Shown: positions 53,401 to 64,000 of the stretch, in pieces
How positions within the stretch are numbered: position 1 is the first letter of the stretch
Layout: every line of letters starts with the position of its first letter
Origin: Sphagnum compactum
Lineage: Eukaryota
Length of the DNA: 64,000 bases
Assembly: GCA_965153455.1 (NCBI GenBank)
Contig: OZ234493.1
Location: forward strand, 26,774,213-26,838,212
Direction: 5' to 3'
Translations under genes and position numbers: made by a program
The notes under the pieces: model-generated
Seen by the model: the letters and a program-made list of their open reading frames with translations, nothing else
The model's database searches: none
Told to the model about the DNA's origin: nothing

Positions 53401-55754
53401 GCTTCTTCCCAATAAGACAGTCGTCCGGGGGTCGCTCTACATGGCACAAATCCCTGCGTGTCGATGGAGTGTTCCTCGACCGTACAGTACCCGAGCTCAC
53501 CCTTGTTCCAAGCAAACACATCCTGATATCCCTCTAACACCTTCCACAACAATGGCCTCTTTAGTTCGTCCAGGCCTGGATCTATCCTGATCTTCTGACA
53601 TATGTCATTCCACTTGGAATTCACACCAGACTCGTCTGCGGTAGTGATTTGGTCTTCTAGCTTCCTGCAAGAAGCAGTATCATTCAATCGGCGAACTTGC
53701 AATAATGCAGGAGCCTCCACATTGGCCGAACCAGAGGGTGCTTGCTTCTTTCGTTCTGCATCAGCTACCCATTTGATCCAGTCGGCATAATCATCCGAAT
53801 CTCCCGCTTCCTCCTTCATGAGGCGGTCTGTTTGTTCCTGCAAAGTCAGCTGTAGTATCTGCTGAGGTCCCTCCCTCATGACCAGCTGTTCAAGTTCCGT
53901 GTCCTCGAATTCTGACTCATCACAGATCGGTTCCTGCAGTTGATGTTCCTCTTCAGAGTTCTCAGACGTATCAGAGTCCGATTCTGACATTCGTATCGCT
54001 GGCCGTTGGTCCCTTACTTCGGTATTGATACGCGGGCGCTCCACGACCAGGTCAGATCTCTCGGTAGCTTGTAGATCCATTGGCTTCAAGCCTTCTGGAC
54101 TCACTGCATGCAACATGTTCACCATGGTCAGAGGTAGTACCTCAACATCCACCCCCGGACCATGCCTCACCTGAATCAATCCACGTTCTACATCAATGAT
54201 TGCTCCTATCTTGATTAGAAAATCAAGTCCTAGCAGCACATCGTAGCTATCAGTATCCACCACCATAAACGTCATAAGACATTGTACGCCTCCAGTCTTG
54301 ATCGATACTTCATCGATCCTTCCCATAGCTCGTGTAACAATGCCAGATGCAGTCTTGTAGGTTTCTGATCCAGGGACCAGATGCATCATACCCATTTCTC
54401 TGACCACTGCAGCGGCCATGACAGACATGGACGCACCAGTGTCCACGAGTCCCTCGATCAGGTAGCCATTTATCTCAACAGATAAATGCAATGTTTTGCT
54501 CCTGTGAGTCTTATTGACACAAATCCTCCTCAGGGTCGGAGGAGCAGACACCATTGACACCTGAGTACTCTCAACTTCCGAATCCTTCCTCCTTCTAGCA
54601 ACTTTCACTAAATTCTCCAGTTGCTCCAATTCGCCTGGTATCATCATCACCGTCTCCATTGGTGTCAGGGAGACCTTCCCCTTTATGAAATGGGAAAGAA
54701 TCTTTGATCTGACGGCATTCTCCCGATTCACCCCACTGTTGTCTTTTGCCACCTCATTCTATGGTGCAACACCAGTTGTTGGCAGTTCAACCAGATGTCT
54801 TCGCCTGGGTATGCAAGTGTGTGAGAATACATTCTCATTTCCACACAATTCATTGAGCTGCTGCAACGTTGCTGCCTCATCATTCAATAATACCTCAAGG
54901 AAATTGGCCGCTCCAGAATGTGATTTTCTGTCTTTAGATTTCTTCCAGCACCTGTCCTCAGAGTGCCCAAGACCTGAACAAAAAGAACATTTTATACCAC
55001 AATTTTTGGTCCTATGCAGCATACCACATTTGGCACATTTTGGCCGTGGCTCATTCAGCCTTGGACACGACGTGGCTATATGGTCCTTCCCCTTGCAGAC
55101 TTGACATTCTTTAAACTGGGCAGAAAAAGAAGATGGTGTAGAGTTCGGCACACCTCCCTTAAAAAAGTTGATCAGTGTATCATTCAAAGTGGCAACCTGA
55201 TGTTCCATAGACATTTCAGCTATTCTTTCTTCCTGTTCCTCTTTGAGAGGCTCGAATGGAGTCTCTTCAAGCTCACCTAGCACTCGCTCCACCTCATTGG
55301 CTGCACCCAACAATTCCTCTATATCAGCAAAAATTCTTACAACGCACAATTTTCGGATCTCAGGCCTCAACTTGGCCAGAAACCTCCTTCTTTGCTCGGC
55401 ATCTGATATTCTGCCTTTCCGGAAAAATTTGTCCAACCGTTCGAAATACCTCTGAACCCATTCTCTGGGTTCCTGCTTGATGGCATCAAGCTTTGCCCGG
55501 ATGTCATCATCGTCAATATTGCCATACTTCTGCAAAATCAAGGTCCGCAACTCAGTCCAATCAGCCGGAGTTGGTTGGAGCCTCCTGAGCCATTCACGGG
55601 CCCGTCCTCTCAAGTTGAGCTTTGCGATTTTAAAAAGCTTGTCCGCATTGAGGTCTCGCACCTCAGCGGCCATGGTGAGCCTTTCAGCCCAATCACTGAC
55701 GGCTTCGTGTTCTCGTCCCCAGAACAATTCGTCCATGCCCTGTGGATTAGTCAT
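50443..55754 (-). pseudogene. gag-pol polyprotein with in-frame stops at 54759, 53166, 50917 and 50479 and a frameshift at ~51127
   Basis: Retrotrans_gag-like region, three Cys/His knuckles, protease LVDTGAS, RT LDL*SGFWQI..VMPFGLKNA..VFVDDL, RNase H LDVDWS..TDHKPL, integrase H-X4-H..CQQC, LDTAGP, TDNG; no chromodomain seen. Confidence 0.93.
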
Positions 55755-56016
55755 TCTGCAGATGTATAATGAAGACAAAGAAAATTGCAAAACCGCCTTC
55801 AGACTACAAAGTCCTGAGATCACAATGTACACACTTCAAAAGTTGCTTGACTCTGACTTTCAACAACAGACGTCAAACTGGACACCAAAAATCTGAATGA
55901 GCTTCCTTACACTCAGCACTTCAAAAACAAAAGAAAACAGATGCAAAAATCAAACCAAAATTTTATCTCTGGTAATTTAGTTCTAGCTTTTGAAACAAAA
56001 ACGACATCCGTCTGAG

Positions 56017-56674
56017 TCACCCATCAAATTCAGCCTGCACTCCTTCATGGATGGGCTTCAGTGGTGGAAAGACAGCTGGAACAGTGGAAAATTTCTGTTC
56101 ATCAGTCGACTCTTGCTGAAACTTCCACTCTCCTTCCTTGGTACGCCAAACTCTCCAGCCAATGAGACGTGATCTGGAGCCGTTGTGCTCCACTCGATTC
56201 ACTCGATCTCCCTCCTGAAACAGGTCCTCTATCCCGGGTATGAATAGTCGCACAAAATGATTCGGTGATATTGCAGACTTTGGCACCCAAATGTCCCCAA
56301 GTCTTGGAATCGCCTCTTGTCTCTCTGAAAACGCAAGAGCGATCCTATGCAAGGTAGGAAGTGTAGTAGCAGTGCTCCTGCAGCTCTGATGTGTGAGCCC
56401 AGGCTCCTGCTCCATTAGTGACCTTCAACCAAACTATGGCTCTTGTGTAGAACCTACTGTGAACTATTTCAACAGCGATGTCCCCTACTCTAGTTGCGTC
56501 GAGATCTATCCCCACTAACCTCATAACACCAAATCCTAAAAATTGTAGAATTGCCGCTCCTCTTTGAGGGCCGTTCTGCACAGTATAGAAATCAAATCTA
56601 CTAACGAGATTCAGCTCACGATACCCCTGTGTCAATGCTTCTATGGGAACTTCCTCACCGCTAGTAGAAGACAT
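56017..56674 (-). pseudogene. Extra ORF (~219 aa after fixing one +1 frameshift at ~56425) between the PBS and gag, unknown function
   Basis: Overlapping ORFs 56345-56674 and 56017-56415 join as ..AIVWLRSLMEQEPGL.. if one A is removed from TTGAAGG; globular-like composition. Confidence 0.6.
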
Positions 56675-56740
56675 GACTTCTAAAGTTCATCCTCTTCAGA
56701 CATCTATCTGTATCACCGATCTCTCAGACAACGCAACCAT

Positions 56741-56752
56741 GCTCTGATACCA
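56741..56752 (-). promoter_or_regulatory. Primer binding site TGGTATCAGAGC (initiator tRNA-Met), overlapping the 5' LTR end
   Basis: gctctgatacca on the + strand. Confidence 0.92.
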
Positions 56753-57488
56753 AAAAGGAGGAGACCCAGAAGACAATCGGATCCCTCTCTCTGCCCTAGC
56801 AGGAGCACATCCGATCGAAACCACAGATCGACTGAGATGCACACAAACACAACACAGACTCCAGACACTGAGTCTCTGCCTGCTCAACTTCTGATCGAAT
56901 CGCACCACAACATGAATGCAGGATTCATTCGACTGAACTGTCCACTCACACAAAGCAACAGAGGCATGAAAGAAACAACGCAATTCCTCATTCACAGTTT
57001 GATATTTACAGCTTCCTCGACAGTGCAAGCGCCCACATCCCTCTTACTACCAAAATCTACCAGCTCTGTGGTGCTAGCCGAGCATCACCATGACAGAAGC
57101 GAGGGTCTGGCCGATTGCAAATCGCAGCGGAAGAGAAAAACAACAATCAGCCTAACCTCCTCACAGAACTTCCGTCCCATCACCTAACTGTCTTCCCAAC
57201 ACTCATTATCCTCTCTACTTAGCTGCGTCGCTTGGTTTCATCCCCAAGCTATCTTACTCGCGCCCATCCTCCCTCATGAATGCAGCGCCGCACTGGAATT
57301 CATGAAGCGCCGTCCTCTAGACAGCTCTTGCCATGCAGCCCATGCATACCCTAGCCATCCGAATTCCGAAATCGATCATGATCCGCCGCCACTCATGAAT
57401 GAAGCGGCGAGTCTGATCCTCGTCTCAGTTCGCATCCTCTCACCGGCAAGAAGCAAAAAGAAAACCAGTGACCGGTTGTTCGGTCATA
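56745..57488 (-). repeat. 5' LTR of the young element (T[A]TGACC...TGGTATCA)
   Basis: Direct repeat of 49658-50401, same length. Confidence 0.95.
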
Positions 57489-57689
57489 ATTCTACTTAAT
57501 GTTATTATAAATTAGTTTATCCTAAGCATAATAATTTTAAAATAATAAAACAAAATATAATGACCTAAGGTATAAATAACTTAGAATAGAAAATAATAAC
57601 CTATGAAAAATAATTTTGAATACCCTATAATATAATAACTACCAATAGCCTACAATATTATAACATATAATAACCAACAATAACTTATA

Positions 57690-58370
57690 ATACAATAACC
57701 ATTAATAAAATAGCCATCAATAACCACCAATAAAATAACAACCAATGGCTTACAACAGAATAATCACTAATAGCCATTAATAAAATAGTCACCAATAGCC
57801 ATTAATAGACTAATCACGAATAACCATAAATAGAATAATCACCAATAGCCATTAATAGATTAATCACGAATAGCCATAAATAGAATAACCATAAATAGCC
57901 ATTAATAGTCATTAATACATTAATCACGAATAGCCATTAATAGAATAGCCACTAATAGAATAGCCACCAATAGCCATTAATAGAATAGCCACTAGTAGCC
58001 ATTAATAAAATAGCCACCAGTAGCCATTAATAAAATAGCCACCAGTAGCCATTAATATAATAGCCACTAGTAGCCATTAATAGAATAGCCACCAGTAGCC
58101 ATTAATAGAATAGCCACCAGTAGCCATTAATATAATAGCCACCAGTAGCCATTAATATAATAGCCACCAATAACCATTCATATAATAGCCACGAATAGTC
58201 ACTAATAAAATAACCACGAATAACCACTAATAGAATAACTACTAATGGCCATTGATAGAATAACCACCAATAACTATTAATAGAATAACCACTAAAAAAC
58301 ATTAATGGCCACAAATAAAATAGGTACCAATAGCCATTAATAACCACCAATAACACTAATAAAAGAACAA
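57690..58370. repeat. Minisatellite of ~25-bp units (aatagccaccagtagccattaatag), grading into an AATAGCC/AAATAA-rich array to ~58800
   Basis: Near-perfect units at 57960-58170 with degenerate flanks. Confidence 0.9.
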
Positions 58371-59484
58371 CCATATATTATTATTGCTTAGGATTGCCAA
58401 AAATAATCTAAAATGAAATAATTTATAATAATAATAAATAACTTAAAGTGAAATAATTTTCAATAGCCAAAAATAACTTATAATAGCTACAAGCAATCTG
58501 AATTCAAATAATTTAAAATAGCCAAAAATAACAAAAAATAAACAAAAAAACTTACAATAATTGAAAATAGCCTAAGGTGAAATAAGTTAAAATAGTCAAA
58601 AGTCATTTATGATAACTGCAAGTAGTCTAAATTGAAATAATTTACAATAGCCAAAAATAACATAAAATAGCCAAAATAACCAAAAGTAGCCTAGGGTGAA
58701 ATAACCAAAAATAACCAAAAATATTTGAGAATAGTTGTAAATAGCCATAAATAATGTAGGGTGAAATAATTTAAATTAATGAAAAATATTCATATAATAA
58801 TTGAAAGTAATTTAACATAGGTAGTATCATTATATTAACAAAAAAAATCCATTTACTAAATTATTTTTTTCAAAAGAATGGTCATTGAAATGTTATTGAA
58901 TAATGATATTCAACCTTTTTTTTGTTCAAATGATTTTAAACTTTCAAAAGGAAATAAATTTAATTATGTACATTATTGAATTTTAAAAAAAAGTAAACTC
59001 GAATCATTTCATTTGAACAAAATCTCAATAAGATATGAATTTTCAAAAATTATGTTTTTTGTAATGTTTAAAATGAAATATTTGATAAATAGAATGTAAT
59101 GTAACATGTTACCACAACAAGTGGGGTGGTTTGATGGTAAAGGTGTTTGCCCCCATTCCAAAGGTCAAGGGATCAAACCTCATGGGTGGTGTTGTGTGTG
59201 GTCAACAATGGTATGTTGACCAAATATTCTTTGATAGTGTTAGGTGCCTAGGTTGACAAGTTGGAAATTTGTAAAAACATTCTATTGGGAACTTAATCAT
59301 GAACATGAGGTTTTGTTTTATAATGAAGTTACAAGGATGTTATTTCCAAGATGAATGATGATAGTAGGGAATTCATATGCAAATGCCTTGGCTGTTCCAT
59401 GAATTCAACATTGCATGCAATTCAAGTGATGAGCAGAATAGTTGTAATCGATATTGGTTATTAGTCCAACAAAAAACAGGCATG

Positions 59485-59567
59485 GCACCAGGGTGATGGC
59501 TCATTGGTATAGCACCATCTGGGACCTTGAGGTCACAAAAAGGTTGTGGGTTCAAACCCAATGGTGC
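59485..59567 (+). other. tRNA-derived (SINE-head-like) sequence
   Basis: A-box TGGCTCATTGG (59497), B-box GGTTCAAACC (59549), GCACCA/TGGTGC complementary ends; no convincing anticodon arm. Confidence 0.35.
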
Positions 59568-61089
59568 GTAGGTGAAACTCATGTCGGGCCTCTACCAATG
59601 ACCTTTTGGGGGTGCCAACACCTTGTCAGGTTGGGTTTGCTATTATGCTTTTAAAATTTAGTATTGCATAATATTATAAAAAATTGGCCTGGCACCAATA
59701 ATTAAATACATCATTGTTCATATTTCTAATAATTAGGCAGTGCAATTAAAGAACATTCCAATTTTACCATCATGTCAAAGTATGATTTTAGGAAGGGTGA
59801 AGAACCATGAAATCCTTTCCCAAATTAGAGGTGTCCAGCATAATTGTGAACAACATGTTTAGCCTACCCAAAGTTATGAGTTGGAACCAAGTGTGGAAGG
59901 TCACTTATCCCAATAATGTTAACTAGTAGTTAAATTGGGATGATTGTTCTCTAGATTTGTCCAGAGTCTATGGCTTGAAGCCGCTTGAAGCTAGTCATCA
60001 CATACTGTAACACCTTGGCAGCTTCGGCATTGATTAAATTATGTATAAAATGTTAAAATTTCCAAAGAACAAAATTTGGTGAAGGCAAATATATATATAT
60101 ATACATTTGATTGTATATGTTTTTGGAATTTGTGCAAAAAAGTATGTAGAAGACTTGAAAGGGCGAGTTAGTAACACAATAGCATTATAGGCATTACAAA
60201 GTTGTAGAATACACCCACAAATTATGCAGGAGATAGTGGAATGCAAAGAGTTTGGGTTTGCCATACTTTGTGAACTACCTTGTAGTCATATTTGTGATTT
60301 ATCAAAGAAAGAAAGTGACATATTTTAGCAATAAGAATGCAATCACATTGATGAAAACAGAAAAAGGGGAAAGGTGGATTGGGCACAAATTAGATGCAAT
60401 AGTTTGTGTAATGAGCTGGATTGGTGGTATAAGTATGTCAAGGAGAATAAAAGGGACAATGACACCTGTCAGTCAGCCAACCCTAATACTTCCAAAGAGT
60501 TTTAAGTATTTATTTGTTCACCAAAAGGAGAACTCACAGAAACCACATGCCAAGGTCAAGAAAACTAGAGAGGAGATGTAGGCAACATTGGAAAATAAAT
60601 AGTAGAATTTCCAAGAAGTGTTTTCAAAAGGAAGAACAAAGCTAAGGAAGGTTGAATTTCAAGATTAGGAGTTAAGAAAGAATAGGAGAACATTGAAGCA
60701 AGGGCTCAGAAGATGATGAGGGGTAGAGTGGCACCATTCGTAGTGCCAACACTAGTATGGGTAAGTATGCACATCACAAATATATAGGCTTCATGGGTTC
60801 GTTCCAAAATTCGTGCAAAATTTGTTATTTCATGGGTGCATATCATTTAAACATGAATGTCATGCATTATTTAAACACGAAAGTCGTGTGCACAACTTTT
60901 GTGTGTAAACAACACGAATAGACATATAACATCTATGTTTAAACAATATGAACAAATATATGACATTTGTGTCGAAACAATGCACACAACATTGATGTTC
61001 AAATAATACAAATAGATGAATGACATCCGTGTCTATTATATACGAACCTATGAAAAACAAATTTTGCATGATTATTATTGCCAAATCAT

Positions 61090-61494
61090 GACTCATGAAG
61101 TTTGACGCGCTCCCAAGTCCCTAGTTAGTCCCAAGTTTGGGCTAACTTGTTCAAGTTGCGGAAAAGGGAGGACTCATGAAGTTTGACGCGCTCCCAAGTC
61201 CCTAGTTAGTCCCAAGTTTGGGCTAACTTGTTCAAGTTGCGGAAAAGGGAGGACTCATGAAGTTTGACGCGCTCCCAAGTCCCTAGTTAGTCCCAAGTTT
61301 GGGCTAACTTGTTCAAGTTGCGGAAAAGGGAGGACTCATGAAGTTTGACGCGCTCCCAAGTCCCTAGTTAGTCCCAAGTTTGGGCTAACTTGTTCAAGTT
61401 GCGGAAAAGGGAGGACTCATGAAGTTTGACGCGCTCCCAAGTCCCTAGTTAGTCCCAAGTTTGGGCTAACTTGTTCAAGTTGCGGAAAAGGGAG
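61090..61494. repeat. Five identical 81-bp tandem units spanning an LTR/flank junction
   Basis: Units start at 61090, 61171, 61252, 61333 and 61414. Confidence 0.95.
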
Positions 61495-62237
61495 GGACTA
61501 GGAGCACGCTCCCAGCCTTCAGCACTAAGAGGGGTAGAGGGTCGTGCTGAAGCCTCGGGATGGACTAAGAAGAGTGACAAGCTTTTCACCTATTCAAATC
61601 TGCATCAAAACCAACCACAAGTTGGTTAGACCACTTTCTGGATCACTTTGGTGCTAGGACAAACCACGGGCAACCTTGGACTCACTTGACTCACCACTGC
61701 CCGGACTTGGGGGAAGCCACCATCTTCCCCCATATAGTATTCTCTGCAGCTCTCGCTACATCCGAATGGCACTTTTTCCCGGGACTCCCAAGGAGGAGTC
61801 CCGAAACTGTCCCGATTTGGACTCCCAGGACTTTGGGAGCTTATATCTCCCGGCTCAGACCTCTGATTGGAGTGAGGTCTAAACCAAAGTTTTAGCTCTC
61901 CTCGAGATCTTTCCAACGGTCTGTTGCATTCCACTTGCACACACCGGGATCAAGTCGATTCCCGACTTTTAGTGGTCGGGAGTCAAACTGCCAGTTTGAC
62001 TTTCGGCCCTTCTTTTGCCCATAACTCGGGCTGCAGATGTCCAAATGGCCCATGCGAGGCCATTTTCAACATCTACACTTCAAGACCTTTTCATTGATAT
62101 AAAGAACACCTCAATGCGAGGTGTTTTGACCCCTGCAATCAAGCTCTGAATTTTTGAGAGTCCCGGTGGACTCCAAGTCCCCAACTTTGGGAATGTGAGT
62201 TGCATCCTCACACTTTGCCCAAAGTGGGGTTGCGACA
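61103..62237 (-). mobile_element. Solo LTR, family A (unit-length copy 61427-62237) with an amplified terminus
   Basis: TGACGC...TGCGACA termini, TSD AAGTT on both sides (61098-61102 and 62238-62242). Confidence 0.92.
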
Positions 62238-64000
62238 AAGTTTGTGATGTAAAATGTAGAGGTACCATAGATGTCATCTCCACAAGGGAGAAAATTAAAG
62301 GAACAAAGGCAAAGGGTCAAGAGAGAACATGATATTAGGATTCTAGAGGTTGAGGAGCAACATCCATCAACAGATGGGGACATTTATGAAGACTAAATGG
62401 ACAACCATGAAAGTCCACAACATTTACGATAGTAATAGCAACAACAATAACAACAGACACAAGAAGGTTTACAAGCTAATGGACTACAAACAGAGAGGAT
62501 GGAACGACAACCTCCTTTTGCAGTGTTTAGACCACTAAAATTATAGGTACTAGCTAGTAGACTAAGATCTACGAAAGGACAAACATTTGAGTTTTGGGTT
62601 GGGGAGTAGATTAGCACAGGAGTTGGGATCTTCTACATAAGGATCCAAAAATCCTACAACACATATAAGTACACTAAAGTCTATGGATGAGGTAGTTGCA
62701 GAAGCAATGCAAGCAAATAAGGTAGTTGAATTGTTTCAGACCATGGCAATTATGAGTCTGAATATAGGGAATTTGAATTTGGAGGTGAGCAATCTAAAAA
62801 ACATATTGGCCATGAAAGATAAGGAGGAGGCAATATTGTAGGTCAAATTAGACAAGGGTAAGGGATTTCCAAAGGGAGTGCAAGCATAACATAGAATTGT
62901 GGAGGAAGAACAAGATAAAAAATGAGCAGAAGATCAAAATGTTCATACAAAAATTGCAAGATGAGAATAAAGAACTCAAGGTTAAGACAGCTCTGATGAA
63001 ATCTGATGAAATCACAAGATGAAGAATTAAAGGAATTGAGGATGACTCTTGAAGCCTTGGAAACTACAAAAAGAAAATGGGCATATACATTGTTCCATTA
63101 CAAACAACAATAGGAGGTTTTGGGTGGTCAACTATAAGCACTAAGGAGAAGGAGAAGGAGAATGTTTTGACATATTTGGAATTGCTGAATTTGAATAGTG
63201 CTTATCTATTTAATTATGAAGAACTTAGAAGAAAGACAATAATGGCCAAAAAAAAAAGTAAGTTGGTGGAGGTAAATAAAGAGTATAAGAGGAATTTGCA
63301 CCAGGTGCAGGCATAGTTGGAGACTACCAATGAGAACATTATGGACCCAATTGGTGTGAAGAAAAGGTTGGAGGATTATGAACAGATGTTGCAGTATTAC
63401 ACTTTAATGAGGACAAAAAACAAGATGAAGGATTATGATGCAAAGTTTAAGGAATGGTGGGAAGTTGGAAAAGGCATACCTTTGCAAAGGAGTTGGAGAA
63501 GAATCTGGCCCAACATAGAGTTGATGAAAGGAACCTCAGGTACAAGTTGGAAATATATTAAAGAATTTTTCCAGAGTTTGTTTATGGAAGTCTAACAATT
63601 ATAGAGACATCGGGCCAAGATGAGGAGACTAAAACAGGGCCCAAGAGGACAGCTCGGGAGGAGGAAGTGCATACTAAGGAACCACATGAACTCAAAGGAG
63701 GGGGCTAAGAAGAAAAAGAACAAGAAACAACTTAAGAAGAAGAACAAGTGGAGACTACTTTAGTAACAAAGGTAAAGTAATCAAAGTTGTAGCCCTTGGA
63801 AGCAGAATCACAAATTGAGTTAGTGGAAGAGGAGGTCAGAACTGTAGATTCAGAGGTAGGTACAGAACCACTAGTTGTTATACAAGTTGGGACTACATAG
63901 ATTGCCATTTATGACTGGTGACAAAGTGACGCAGATGTCCAATTATTACAATGATTAAAAAATGATTACAAGTCATTTAATATGAACATACACAACCCTA

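Larger units (their letters stand above)
49658..57488 (-). mobile_element. Young, structurally complete Ty3/gypsy LTR retrotransposon (7831 bp), coding-defective
   Basis: Two 744-bp LTRs with about 16-18 mismatches by eye, 4-bp TSD ATTC (49654-49657 and 57489-57492), PBS, PPT, gag-PR-RT-RH-INT order. Confidence 0.96.
60230..64000 (+). mobile_element. Decayed retrotransposon accessory-ORF/coiled-coil region, interrupted by later insertions
   Basis: IYQRKKVTYFSNKNAITLMKTEKG.. resembles 13968-14225; broken E/K-rich frames at 62700-63900. Confidence 0.45.

Noticed and set aside
54759-54761. Programmed stop-codon readthrough between gag and pol
   Set aside because: Context TAG AAT GAG is not the CARYYA readthrough motif, and three similar C-to-T-type stops lie within pol; mutation is simpler unless the family consensus shows otherwise.
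58102-58374. Hydrophobic, membrane-like 90-aa ORF
   Set aside because: Translation of the minisatellite.
61090-61494. CRISPR-like regular array
   Set aside because: Units are fully identical with no unique spacers, and they derive from an LTR junction in eukaryotic DNA.

Overview
Eukaryotic, AT-rich, transposon-dense plant genomic window. The repeat families, spliced genes and TTTAGGG telomere-type motifs suggest a moss, probably Sphagnum (inference, not verified). There is one intact host gene: a two-exon BAHD acyltransferase of the HHT1/ASFT type (minus strand, 8873-10387). Most of the rest is nested mobile DNA whose boundaries can be read from target-site duplications (TSDs). (i) A decayed minus-strand Ty3/gypsy (~22815-40291) is interrupted by two 2.6-kb solo-LTR-like units (TSDs ATACC, ATGCA) and a 7.3-kb Pack-CACTA (TSD AAA). 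The Pack-CACTA carries intron-containing fragments of a mitochondrial carrier, an EREX-like PX-domain gene and casein kinase 1. (ii) A decayed Tf2/sushi-like gypsy holds an 821-bp solo LTR (TSD TTGGC). (iii) A young, near-complete 7.8-kb Ty3/gypsy lies at 49658-57488 (744-bp LTRs ~98% identical, TSD ATTC). The most unusual signals are in the young element. Its two LTRs end differently, the tRNA-Met PBS overlaps the 5' LTR end, and the terminal TTACA of the 3' LTR recurs in a quasi-palindrome right after the PPT, hinting at non-canonical end formation. It also has an extra ORF upstream of gag that could splice in frame to gag. All coordinates and alignments were made by eye.
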